Shown here piece by piece: positions 18,008 to 27,994 of a stretch of 64,000 nucleotides of DNA. Source of the stretch: Candidatus Gemmiger excrementigallinarum. GTDB taxonomy: Bacteria; Bacillota; Clostridia; Oscillospirales; Ruminococcaceae. The DNA lies in assembly GCA_019116445.1 (NCBI GenBank), contig DXBP01000035.1:5449-69448 (forward strand). Reading direction: 5' to 3'. The number at the start of each line of letters is the position of its first letter. The stretch's first letter is position 1. The notes beneath the pieces are model-generated. The model ran no database searches. It was not told where the DNA came from and worked only from the letters and a program-made list of their open reading frames with translations. The translations under genes were made by a program, and so were the position numbers.

Positions 18008-20612
18008 ATTGCTGGAAAAATTCCCGGATCTCTTTTTCCGCGGCGGCCACTTCCTCGGCAAAGGCCCGGGCCGATACCCGCAGCGCACCGTTGCCCAGCA
18101 CAATGACCTGCTCGGCGCCGTCGCTGCTCACCACCCGGGTGCGGCGCTCCTTCGCCAGTTCGTGGGTGGCCCGCTCAATGTACATATCGGCGGTTTCGGC
18201 CTCCTTGGTGTAGACCACATACAGGTTGTGGTATTTTTCCACTTCCCGCGTGCCGCCCTTCACCTTGTAGGCGTCAAATACCAGGATGGGCACACACCGT
18301 TTATATCCGGCGTAATTGCACAGAATATCCATCAGACGGCGTCGGGCGGCATCCAGATTGCTCTCGGCAATGTGGTGCAGGTCCTCCCAGGCAAAAATCA
18401 CGTTGTACCCGTCCACCAAAAGGTAATCCGGTCCGGCAGGCCGGGGTTTGGCCGGGGTGGGGGCGCTGGCGGGCGCTGTGTGCAGGGCTGCCCGGGCGGC
18501 CTTTTTGGCGTCGGTGCCGTTCTCGCCCCGGTGTTTGATCTTGCCGTAGGTGCGCTCAAAGATGGCCAGGAGCTCCTTATCCTGCTCCAGGGTCCCGCGG
18601 TAGGCATCCGCCCGGCGGCGCCGGGCGCTGTTCTCAGTTTCCTCGTCGGGGTCAGCGGGGCCGGCGGGAGCCAGCCGCCGGGCCAGACCGCTGTCCACAT
18701 GGGCCTTGGCGGGTACCTCGTCCCACTTGACCACATACCCGGCCCCGTGGGAGCAGAACACCGAATCCGCAGGATTTTCCACATCGGCGTCGGCGTCGTA
18801 CCCGGCTGCGGCAATGATTTCCTCGGCATTGTGGCAGGCGTCGTACCCGGCGGGCAGCACCGTCCAGCGGCCCAACCCGTGGGTGTAGGCTGCGATCTCC
18901 CGGGCGTACCCCCGGGAGGTGGCCACCGGCAGCCGCCCGGTCAGGCGGGCGGTGTCGCCCAGGGTTTCGGGCGGCTCAAAGCTGCCGCACATCCGCTGGA
19001 TGTCCGCCATGGCCCGGCCGATGGTGTCGGCGGGCACTTCCAGCGTGAAATCATACCAGGGTTCCAGCAGCTGCACGCCGTTTTTGCTTTGGGCCGTCCG
19101 CAGGCCCTGCCGCACGGCGCGGTAGGTGGCCTGGCGGAAGTCGCCGCCCTCGGTGTGCTTCAGGTGGGCCTTGCCCGCCGCCAGGGTGATTTTTACGTCG
19201 GCCAGCGGTGCACCGGTCAGTACACCGGGATGGGTGCGCTCCGCCAGGTGGGTCAGGATCAGCCGCTGCCAGTTTTCCGCCAGGGTGTCCGGCGGGCAGT
19301 CCGCCGCCAGCTGCACGCCGCTGCCCCGGGCACCCGGTTCCAGCAGCAGATGTACTTCGGCGTAATGGCGCAGCGGCTCATAATGGCCGATGCCCTCCAC
19401 CGCCGTGGTGATGGTTTCTTTATATAGAATACCGCCCTCGCTGAAAGTGACCTTCAGCCCGAACCGGCTTTCCAGCAGCGTCTGCAGGATCTCCAGCTGC
19501 ACTTCGCCCATCAGCTGCACATGGACCTCGGCCAGGTCATCCCGCCAGGCCACGTGCAGTTGGGGGTCCTCGTCCTCCAGCGTCTGCAGGGCTTTCAGCA
19601 GGGTGTGGGGGTCGGCGTCGCAATCCGCCCGGTAGTTCAGCACCGGTTCCAGCAGCGGCGCTTCGGCATCCGCCTCGGCCCCCAGCCCCTGCCCCGGGCG
19701 GGTGGAGGAAGGCCCGGCCACCGCTACCACCATGCCGGGGACCGCGGTGTTCACCAGCCGGAACTTGCTGCCGTTGTACAGCCGCAGGGCATCCGCTTTC
19801 TCGCCCCCCGGCAGTACGGCCTTGACCGGCAGTTCGCCGCCGGTCACTTTCAGCCAACTCAGCCGGGTACCGGCGTCGTCCTGACTGATCTTGAAGATGC
19901 GTGCCCCGAACTCCGGCCACACCGGCGGCATCCGGGTCAGCGTCTGCAAGCCCTGCAGCAGCCGGTCCAGACCGTCCAGCCGCAGCGCCGCACCAAAAAA
20001 GCAGGGGAATACCTGCCGCCGGGCAATCGCCGTCACCAGGGTGTCGGGCTGGGGGGCTCCGTCAGCCAGTACTTCCTCCATCAGCGGCTCACTGCACAGC
20101 GCCAGCGCCTCGGGGTCCGGCTGGCCGGTGAAATCCACACAGCCGTCCCCGAACCGCCCCCGCAATTCCCGCAGCCGTACGGCGGCATCGGCACCGGGCA
20201 AATCCATCTTGTTCACAAACACAAAGGTGGGCACCCGGTACCGGGCCAGCAGCTTCCACAGCGTTTCGGTGTGGGCCTGCACGCCGTCGGTCCCGCTGAC
20301 CACCAGCACCGCATAGTCCAGCACCTGCAGGGCGCGCTCGGCTTCGGCAGAAAAATCCACGTGGCCCGGCGTATCCAGCAGCGTCAGCTCGGTTTCCTCG
20401 GCGCCGTCGGCGGCAGGCAGCGTCAGCACGGCCTGCTTGGCAAAAATCGTGATGCCCCGGGCGCGTTCCTGGCTGTCGGTATCCAGAAAAGCGTCCCGGT
20501 GATCCACCCGGCCCAGCTTGCGCAGCACGCCCGCGCGGTACAAAAGCCCTTCGGCCAGCGTGGTTTTGCCGCTGTCCACATGGGCCAGAAGTCCCACGAC
20601 CAAACGTTTCAT
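18006..20612 (-). CDS. TetM/EF-G-like translational GTPase fused to a C-terminal NYN (YacP/Rae1-like) ribonuclease domain
   Basis: AHVDSGKTT, RGITI, DTPGH and NKMD G-motifs, EF-G domains II-V, then LLVDGYN...VFDA...ETAD...SSD NYN motifs. Confidence 0.9.
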   Translation of the reverse strand: MKRLVVGLLAHVDSGKTTLAEGLLYRAGVLRKLGRVDHRDAFLDTDSQERARGITIFAKQAVLTLPAADGAEETELTLLDTPGHVDFSAEAERALQVLDYAVLVVSGTDGVQAHTETLWKLLARYRVPTFVFVNKMDLPGADAAVRLRELRGRFGDGCVDFTGQPDPEALALCSEPLMEEVLADGAPQPDTLVTAIARRQVFPCFFGAALRLDGLDRLLQGLQTLTRMPPVWPEFGARIFKISQDDAGTRLSWLKVTGGELPVKAVLPGGEKADALRLYNGSKFRLVNTAVPGMVVAVAGPSSTRPGQGLGAEADAEAPLLEPVLNYRADCDADPHTLLKALQTLEDEDPQLHVAWRDDLAEVHVQLMGEVQLEILQTLLESRFGLKVTFSEGGILYKETITTAVEGIGHYEPLRHYAEVHLLLEPGARGSGVQLAADCPPDTLAENWQRLILTHLAERTHPGVLTGAPLADVKITLAAGKAHLKHTEGGDFRQATYRAVRQGLRTAQSKNGVQLLEPWYDFTLEVPADTIGRAMADIQRMCGSFEPPETLGDTARLTGRLPVATSRGYAREIAAYTHGLGRWTVLPAGYDACHNAEEIIAAAGYDADADVENPADSVFCSHGAGYVVKWDEVPAKAHVDSGLARRLAPAGPADPDEETENSARRRRADAYRGTLEQDKELLAIFERTYGKIKHRGENGTDAKKAARAALHTAPASAPTPAKPRPAGPDYLLVDGYNVIFAWEDLHHIAESNLDAARRRLMDILCNYAGYKRCVPILVFDAYKVKGGTREVEKYHNLYVVYTKEAETADMYIERATHELAKERRTRVVSSDGAEQVIVLGNGALRVSARAFAEEVAAAEKEIREFFQQ

Positions 20613-20693
20613 AACCATTCCCCTTTGTGCATAGTGCTACTATTGTACCTTTTTTGGCGCAAAATGTACAGCGCGGCTGTATATTTCAGAAAA

Positions 20694-20710
20694 TTAGTAA
20701 TAAATCCTAA
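20694..20710 (+). promoter_or_regulatory. Putative PerR/Fur-like operator upstream of dfx-rubredoxin
   Basis: Imperfect 8-1-8 palindrome TTAGTAAT-A-AATCCTAA just upstream of TTTACA(20719)-N16-TATAAT(20741). Confidence 0.45.
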
Positions 20711-20824
20711 ATAGGGTCTTTACAAAGTAAAATAGTATGATATAATATAAGCACAGATCGGGAGCACGATCTGCTATGAGAAACTGATTTTTAAGAATAC
20801 AGAGCAAACCCAAGGAGGCAAGCT

Positions 20825-21199
20825 ATGGAACTGAAATATTTTATCTGTGAGCACTGCGGCAACATCATCACCATGGTGGAGGACAAAGGTGTCCCCGTAT
20901 TCTGCTGCGGCCAGAAAATGACCCCGCTGGTGGCCGGCACCGTGGAAGCCGCCCATGAGAAGCACATCCCGGTCTACACCGTGGACAACGGCGTCGTGCA
21001 TGTGACCGTTGGCAGCGTGGAGCACCCCATGCAGGATGCCCACTACATCCAGTGGATCTCGGTGCAGACCAAGCAGGGCAGCCAGATCAAGCATCTGCAC
21101 CCTGGCGAGGCCCCCAAGGCGGATTTTGCCCTGACGGCCGGCGACGAAGTCGTGGCTGTTTACGCCTACTGCAACCTGCACGGTCTGTGGAAGGCCTGA
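20825..21199 (+). CDS. dfx: Desulfoferrodoxin (superoxide reductase)
   Basis: CEHCGN, CCG, EKHIP, HPM...HYIQWI and CNLHGLW iron-ligand motifs. Confidence 0.95.
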   Translation: MELKYFICEHCGNIITMVEDKGVPVFCCGQKMTPLVAGTVEAAHEKHIPVYTVDNGVVHVTVGSVEHPMQDAHYIQWISVQTKQGSQIKHLHPGEAPKADFALTAGDEVVAVYAYCNLHGLWKA

Positions 21200-21247
21200 T
21201 TCCCTTCGCATTTTGAACTTTCACTATATAAAAAGGAGCGTTTTATC

Positions 21248-21403
21248 ATGAAGAAGTATGTTTGCCCCTGCGGCTATGAGTACGATCCCGCCATCGGCGA
21301 TCCTGACAACGGCATCGCCCCCGGCACTGCCTGGGAAGATGTTCCCGCCGATTGGGTCTGCCCCGTCTGCGGTCTGGGCAAGGATTCCTTCACCGAGGAA
21401 TAA
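21248..21403 (+). CDS. Rubredoxin, 51 aa (absent from the ORF track)
   Basis: Translated by hand: [51 protein letters not shown]; AAGGAG RBS. Confidence 0.95.
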   Translation: MKKYVCPCGYEYDPAIGDPDNGIAPGTAWEDVPADWVCPVCGLGKDSFTEE

Positions 21404-21412
21404 CATAGCGTA

Positions 21413-21449
21413 AAAACCGGGGTGTCCCACACAGGGGCACCCCGGTTTT
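21413..21449 (+). terminator. Terminator after rubredoxin
   Basis: AAAACCGGGGTGTCCC...GGGGCACCCCGGTTTT; a second GC hairpin with a T-tract follows near 21466-21498. Confidence 0.75.
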
Positions 21450-21588
21450 GTTGTGCCCGGCCGTTCCCGCGCCCCGCCGCGCGGGGTTTTTTATTTTTGG
21501 CACAGGGGAGAAAAACGTAAAAATATACAAAAACAGATGTGAAACTTTGTGCAGGTGCACAAGAAAAGTATACATGAATTATTTTCAC

Positions 21589-21617
21589 TTTACAAATTAG
21601 AAATGCTCAACTATAAT
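21589..21617 (+). promoter_or_regulatory. Sigma-A promoter of ilvA
   Basis: TTTACA-N17-TATAAT. Confidence 0.75.
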
Positions 21618-21714
21618 CAAACAAGCGCTACAGATTGCGACGGAGCAATCCACAGCCCGGTCCGGTATGTTTCGGATCGGGCTGTGCTATTTGTCTAACG
21701 AGGGGGAGATATCC

Positions 21715-22920
21715 ATGCTGACACTGGATAAGATCTATCACGCCAAATTTATTCTCAAGCAGATCGCGCGTAAGACAGACCTCATTGCAGCGCCGCGGCT
21801 GTGCCCGGATACCGACCTGTACCTGAAAACCGAGAACCTGCAGGTGACCGGAAGCTTCAAGGTGCGGGGTGCCTACTATAAGATCAGCCAGCTCACCGAG
21901 GAAGAGCGCGCCAAAGGCGTCATTGCCTGTTCGGCGGGCAACCACGCCCAGGGCGTGGCGCTGGCCGCCACCCGCATGGGCATCCGCAGCGTGGTCTGTA
22001 TGCCGGATGGCGCCCCCATCATGAAGGTGGAAAGCACCAAGCGGCTGGGGGCCGAGGTGGAACTGGTCAAGGGTACCTACGATGATGCCCACGACCGGGC
22101 CGTGGAACTGCAGGAAGAAACGGGCATGACTTTCATCCATCCCTACGACGATGAACTGGTCATTGCGGGGCAGGGCACCATCGGTCTGAAAATTCTGGAC
22201 CAGCTGCCCGATGTGGACGCGGTCATCGTGCCGGTGGGCGGCGGCGGACTGATCTCCGGTGTGGCCTTTGCCATCAAGAGCCTGCGCCCCGAGGTCAAGG
22301 TTTACGGTGTGCAGGCGGCGGGGGCCCCCAGCATGGAGCGCGCCTACCACGCTCACCAGTACCAGACGCTGGAACGGGTGGACACCTTCGCCGACGGCAT
22401 TGCCGTCAAGACCCCCGGCGAAACCACCTACCAGATGGTGGAAAACTACGTGGACGACATCGTCACCGTCAGCGAGGACGAGATCGCCGCGGCCATCCTC
22501 TCCCTGATGGAAAACCAGAAACTGGTGGCCGAGGGCGCCGGTGCCACCCCGGTGGCGGCAGCCCTCTTCGGCAAGCTGCCGCTGGCGGGCAAAAAGGTGG
22601 TCTGCCTGATCTCCGGCGGCAACATTGATGTGAACATCCTCTCCCGGGTCATCACCCGCGGGCTCGTCATGAGCGGCCGCAAAGCCAACCTCATGATCGC
22701 CCTGGAGGACAAACCCGGTCAGCTGACGCTGGTCAGCGATATTATTTCGGCCTGCGGTGCCAACGTGGTCAGCGTACACCACGACCGGGCCGATACCAAC
22801 ATGGCCATTACCAGCTGTTTCCTGAAACTGGGGCTGGAAACCCGCAACGCCGCCCAGATCGAGGAAATCAAGGAAAAACTCACCGAAGCGGGGTTTGTGC
22901 TGGTCAGCGAGCGGGTTTGA
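21715..22920 (+). CDS. ilvA: Threonine ammonia-lyase with a single C-terminal ACT domain
   Basis: ENLQVTGSFKVRG PLP-lysine motif, SAGNHAQG, PVGGGGL, and ACT motif LEDKPGQL. Confidence 0.93.
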   Translation: MLTLDKIYHAKFILKQIARKTDLIAAPRLCPDTDLYLKTENLQVTGSFKVRGAYYKISQLTEEERAKGVIACSAGNHAQGVALAATRMGIRSVVCMPDGAPIMKVESTKRLGAEVELVKGTYDDAHDRAVELQEETGMTFIHPYDDELVIAGQGTIGLKILDQLPDVDAVIVPVGGGGLISGVAFAIKSLRPEVKVYGVQAAGAPSMERAYHAHQYQTLERVDTFADGIAVKTPGETTYQMVENYVDDIVTVSEDEIAAAILSLMENQKLVAEGAGATPVAAALFGKLPLAGKKVVCLISGGNIDVNILSRVITRGLVMSGRKANLMIALEDKPGQLTLVSDIISACGANVVSVHHDRADTNMAITSCFLKLGLETRNAAQIEEIKEKLTEAGFVLVSERV

Positions 22921-22968
22921 CCGCATAAAAAAGAGCAGGGACAAAGGTCCCTGCCCGGAAAATCTCCG

Positions 22969-24144
22969 TTACACTTTTACGCCGCCGGCCAGCATCTCGA
23001 TGAACTGCTTGGCCACCCGGGGGCTGCGGCCCCCCGCCCGCAGGGCAAAGGCCGCTCCCTTGATGAACAGCTGGTCGCTGGGCATCTGCACACCGTACTG
23101 GCGGGCCAGTTCCAGCAGAATGGCGTCGAACCGCTCCTTGTCCGGCTGCTGGAAAGTCACCGTCAGCCCAAAGCGGGCCGCCAGACTCATGAGTTCCTGG
23201 CGGGTATCCGAAGCGTGCAGGTCGTCGCCGCTGCGGTCGGCCATGGATTCCTTCACCAGATGGCGGCGGTTGCTGGTGGCGTACACCGCCACGTTGTGGC
23301 TGCGCCCCCCCACACTGCCTTCCAGAATGGCTTTCAGCGCCGCGAAGTTGTCGTCGTTGGCTGCAAAACTCAGGTCGTCGATGAAGAGGATGAACTTCAG
23401 CGGATTTTTCGCCAGATCGTCCATCAGGGCGGGGATCTGGTACAGCTGGTTCTTCTTCACTTCGATCAGCCGCAGGCCGTCGGGGGCAAACTCGTTGGCG
23501 ATGGCCTTCACGGTGCTGGACTTGCCGGTGCCCGCGTCGCCGTAGAGCAGCACGTTGTTGGTGGGCTTGCCCTCCAGCAGCGCCCGTGTGTTGGCGATCA
23601 CTTTCTCCCGCTCCCGCTCGTAGCCGGGCAGTTCGCTCAGCCGCTGGGGGTCGGGGTAGCGCACCGGCACCAGGCGCCCGTCCTCCAGCGTAAAGACGTG
23701 GTGCCGGGCAAAGATGCCGTAGCCTTTCTGGCCCACGGCCGCCCGCCGCGCTTCGTAGGCGGTATGGAAATCGGCGTCGGGGGTCACTTCCCACCGGGGC
23801 AGGTACTCCGGGGCTCCATGGCACAGATCATCCAGACCCGCCCGGCCCAGGGCCTGCAAAAAGTCCAGTTCGCTCACGAGAGCGGCTTCCAGCACCGGGC
23901 CCGCATCGCCGCCTGCCGCCGTGCGCAGACAGAGGTTTTCATCCTCCAGCACGGCGTCCAGCAGGGCGTCGGTCCAGTTGGTGCCCCGGGCAAACAGCAC
24001 CGCTTCAAAGGCGGCCACCGTGCCGCCCAGGTCACATTCCTCCGCGGCCAGTGCCGCACGCAGGGCGCGCAGCAGCCCGGTGTCCAGCAGATTGCGGAAC
24101 ACCACCAGGGCATCCAGACGCGCCAACCATTCCATACGTTGCAT
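22969..24144 (-). CDS. AAA+ ATPase (DUF815-like)
   Basis: NVLLYGDAGTGKSS Walker A, FIDDLSF Walker B, YATSNRRHL and GRSPRVA motifs. Confidence 0.85.
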   Translation of the reverse strand: MQRMEWLARLDALVVFRNLLDTGLLRALRAALAAEECDLGGTVAAFEAVLFARGTNWTDALLDAVLEDENLCLRTAAGGDAGPVLEAALVSELDFLQALGRAGLDDLCHGAPEYLPRWEVTPDADFHTAYEARRAAVGQKGYGIFARHHVFTLEDGRLVPVRYPDPQRLSELPGYEREREKVIANTRALLEGKPTNNVLLYGDAGTGKSSTVKAIANEFAPDGLRLIEVKKNQLYQIPALMDDLAKNPLKFILFIDDLSFAANDDNFAALKAILEGSVGGRSHNVAVYATSNRRHLVKESMADRSGDDLHASDTRQELMSLAARFGLTVTFQQPDKERFDAILLELARQYGVQMPSDQLFIKGAAFALRAGGRSPRVAKQFIEMLAGGVKV

Positions 24145-24224
24145 GATCCATCGATCCTTTCCCAAGAAAACTACTCTCAGTATAAACAGTGCCGCATAAA
24201 GTTGCAAGATTTTCACAAAAAAAC

Positions 24225-24253
24225 TTGACAAACCGGAACAAGTGCGGTATAGT
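24225..24253 (+). promoter_or_regulatory. Sigma-A promoter of the ilv leader
   Basis: TTGACA-N17-TATAGT. Confidence 0.85.
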
Positions 24254-24269
24254 TTAACACAAATTCAGC

Positions 24270-24541
24270 AAATGCTTGGATGGGAACTAGTAACGTTCTG
24301 AACACAGCCAACAGAGAACTGCCGGTGGGTGCAAGGCAGCAGGGCAGGCGGAACGCGAACTGATCCCGGAGCAGATCCACTGAACGCTGCGGCCAGTAAG
24401 GGGATACGGGTGCACCCGTTACAGTGCAGGACTTTGTTGGAAGTCCGGTGAGTGGGGACGCATCGTCCCAATAAGAGTGGTACCGCAGAGCGCTTTTTAC
24501 AGCCTTTGTCTCTTGGGTTCAAGGGGCAAAGGCTGTTTTTT
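24270..24541 (+). ncRNA. T-box riboswitch, predicted Leu (CUG) specifier
   Basis: K-turn GCTTGGATGGGA/TCCCGGAGC, AGTA and AGAGA boxes, GAA-CTG-A specifier (24360-24362), T-box AAGAGTGGTACCGC (about 24473-24486), terminator ACAGCCTTTG...CAAAGGCTGTTTTTT (24499-24541). Confidence 0.92.
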
Positions 24542-24598
24542 ATTCCCGTTTGCGCACCCGTGCAGCCGGCGCAGAAGAAAGGAAGGAGAAGAAGCAAA

Positions 24599-26263
24599 AT
24601 GAAACTCAACGGTTCGCAGATTTTTGTTGAGGTCCTGGCGGAGCAGGGGGTAGACACCCTGTTCGGCTACCCCGGCGGGGCCGTCCTCAACCTGTATGAT
24701 GAATTGTATAAAAATTCGGACCGTATCCACACCGTGCTCACCGCCCACGAACAGGGCGCCTCCCACGCGGCGGACGGATACGCCCGGGCCACCGGCCGCA
24801 CCGGCGTGGTGCTGGCCACCAGCGGTCCCGGCGCCACCAACCTGGTCACCGGCATTGCCACGGCCTATATGGACAGCGTGCCCATGGTCGCCTTCACCGG
24901 CAACGTGGCCACCACCCTGCTGGGGCGGGACTCCTTCCAGGAAGCCTACATCGAGGGCATCACGATGCCCATTACCAAGCACAACTACACGGTGCGCCGG
25001 GTGGAGGACCTGGCCGATACCATGCGGGCGGCCTTCCGCATCGCCCAGCAGGGCCGCAAAGGTCCCGTGCTGGTGGACATCCCCAAGGATGTGACCGCCG
25101 CCGTCTGCGAGTTCACCCCCAAGGCGCCGGAACTCATCCGCACCGTCACCCGCTACAACGAGGAGGACGTGAAAAAGGCTGCCGCCATGATCAACGCGGC
25201 CCAGCGCCCCATCGTCTACTTCGGCGGCGGCGTCCGCAGCGCGGCGGGCTGCCAACCCCTGCGGGATCTGCTGGAAAAGACCGGTATGCCCGCCACCTAC
25301 ACCCTGATGGCTGCCGGTGTGCTCAGCTACGGCGAACCCCATAACCTGGGCCTGCTGGGTATGCACGGCTGCTACGCCGCCAACAAGGCCATTGACGAGG
25401 CCGACCTAGTCATCGCGGTGGGCACCCGGTTCAGCGACCGGGTGGCGCTGAACCCCGATACCTTTGCCAAGCGGGCCAAGATCATCCAGATCGACATCGA
25501 CCCCAGCGAGCTGGGCAAGAACGTGGCGGTGGACCTGAGCCTGACCGGCGACGCCAGCTACATCCTGCAGGCCATCCTGCCCTATGTGGAAAAGACCGAG
25601 CACAAGCTGTGGATGGAACAGATCCGGGAATGGCAGAAAAACGACTACAAACCGGTGGACAGCGATACCGAACTGAAACCCCATCAGCTCATCGCCGAGA
25701 TCTGCCGCCAGGCAGGCCCCGAAGCGGTCTACGTCACCGACGTGGGCCAGCACCAGATGTGGGCGGCCCAGTACCTGCACCACACCAAGAGCCGCGGCTT
25801 CCTCACCAGCGGCGGCCTGGGTACCATGGGCTTCGGCTACGGCGCCGCCATCGGCGCCCAGATGGCCCTGGGCCGGGATGCCCGGGTCATCATGCTCACG
25901 GGTGACGGCTCCTTCCACATGAACCTCAACGAGGGATGCACGGCGGTCAGCTACGGGCTGCCCATCATCACCGTCATCTTCAACAACCAGGTTCTGGGCA
26001 TGGTCCGCCAGTGGCAGACGACCTTCTACGGCAAGCGCTACTCCGACACCGACCCCCACCGCCACACCGACTTTGTCAAACTGGCCGAGGGCTTCGGCGC
26101 CAAGGGCTACCGTGCCACCACCCCCGCGGAATTCAAGGCGGCTTTTGCAGACGCACTGAAGCAGCAGGGCCCCAGCTGGATCGACTGCCGCATCGGCAAG
26201 GACGAAAAGGTGCTGCCAATGATTCCCGGCGGCGGCGACGTGAACGACATCATCATGGAATGA
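24599..26263 (+). CDS. ilvB: Acetolactate synthase large subunit
   Basis: FGYPGG, HEQGA, TSGPGATN and GDGSF...NN TPP motifs. Confidence 0.97.
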   Translation: MKLNGSQIFVEVLAEQGVDTLFGYPGGAVLNLYDELYKNSDRIHTVLTAHEQGASHAADGYARATGRTGVVLATSGPGATNLVTGIATAYMDSVPMVAFTGNVATTLLGRDSFQEAYIEGITMPITKHNYTVRRVEDLADTMRAAFRIAQQGRKGPVLVDIPKDVTAAVCEFTPKAPELIRTVTRYNEEDVKKAAAMINAAQRPIVYFGGGVRSAAGCQPLRDLLEKTGMPATYTLMAAGVLSYGEPHNLGLLGMHGCYAANKAIDEADLVIAVGTRFSDRVALNPDTFAKRAKIIQIDIDPSELGKNVAVDLSLTGDASYILQAILPYVEKTEHKLWMEQIREWQKNDYKPVDSDTELKPHQLIAEICRQAGPEAVYVTDVGQHQMWAAQYLHHTKSRGFLTSGGLGTMGFGYGAAIGAQMALGRDARVIMLTGDGSFHMNLNEGCTAVSYGLPIITVIFNNQVLGMVRQWQTTFYGKRYSDTDPHRHTDFVKLAEGFGAKGYRATTPAEFKAAFADALKQQGPSWIDCRIGKDEKVLPMIPGGGDVNDIIME

Positions 26264-26273
26264 GGTGAACCGG

Positions 26274-26861
26274 ATGGATTCTATGCAGCAAAACAATACC
26301 AGCCAGCGCCGCGTCATCAGCCTGCTGGTGGACAACCAGAACGGTGTTCTGGCCCGGGTCGCCAGCCTGTTCTGCCGCCGGGGCTTCAACATCGACAGCC
26401 TGACGGTTTCGGCCACCAACGACCCCAAGATCAGCCGCATCACGGTGACGCTGCGGGGGGATGAACAGGCCCTCAGCCAGCTGATCCTGCAGACCGAGCG
26501 GCTGGAAGTCACCCGCCAGATCTTTGAACTCAACCCCGAAAAAAGCCTGCAGCGGGAACTGCTGCTGCTGAAAGTGGCCTGCAACAGCCAGAACCGCGCC
26601 GAACTGCGGGAGATTTCCACCGTCTACAAGGCAAAGATCATCGACCTGTCGCCCGACAGCATGGTCTTTGAACTCACCGGCAAGCCCGACAAGGTGGACG
26701 CCTTCCTGAATATGTTCAGCGGATACGAGATCCTGGAACTCTGCCGCACCGGCGTTACGGCGCTGGAGCGCGGCGGCAAACACCAGCACATGCAGAAGCC
26801 GGTGCAGGAGGTGGGCGAAGCCCAGCTGCCGCTGCCCGGCACCCGTTGCCCCCAGCCCTGA
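26274..26861 (+). CDS. ilvN: Acetolactate synthase small subunit
   Basis: GVLARVASLFCRRGFNIDSL ACT domain and ELCRTG; start chosen after a GAGGTG RBS. Confidence 0.93.
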   Translation: MDSMQQNNTSQRRVISLLVDNQNGVLARVASLFCRRGFNIDSLTVSATNDPKISRITVTLRGDEQALSQLILQTERLEVTRQIFELNPEKSLQRELLLLKVACNSQNRAELREISTVYKAKIIDLSPDSMVFELTGKPDKVDAFLNMFSGYEILELCRTGVTALERGGKHQHMQKPVQEVGEAQLPLPGTRCPQP

Positions 26862-26900
26862 GGGGCCCCACAACATTGTTCCCCCTATAGAGGAATATAG

Positions 26901-27950
<1,050 letters not shown>

Positions 27951-27994
27951 TTCCGGCCGGACCATCCCAATCCAACGGAACGGAGAAAAGACCA

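Noticed and set aside
18006-20612. Tetracycline resistance gene (tetM/tetW) or Tn916-like element
   Set aside because: Lacks the YSPVST loop, carries an extra NYN domain, has host-like composition, and no conjugation or integrase genes are nearby.
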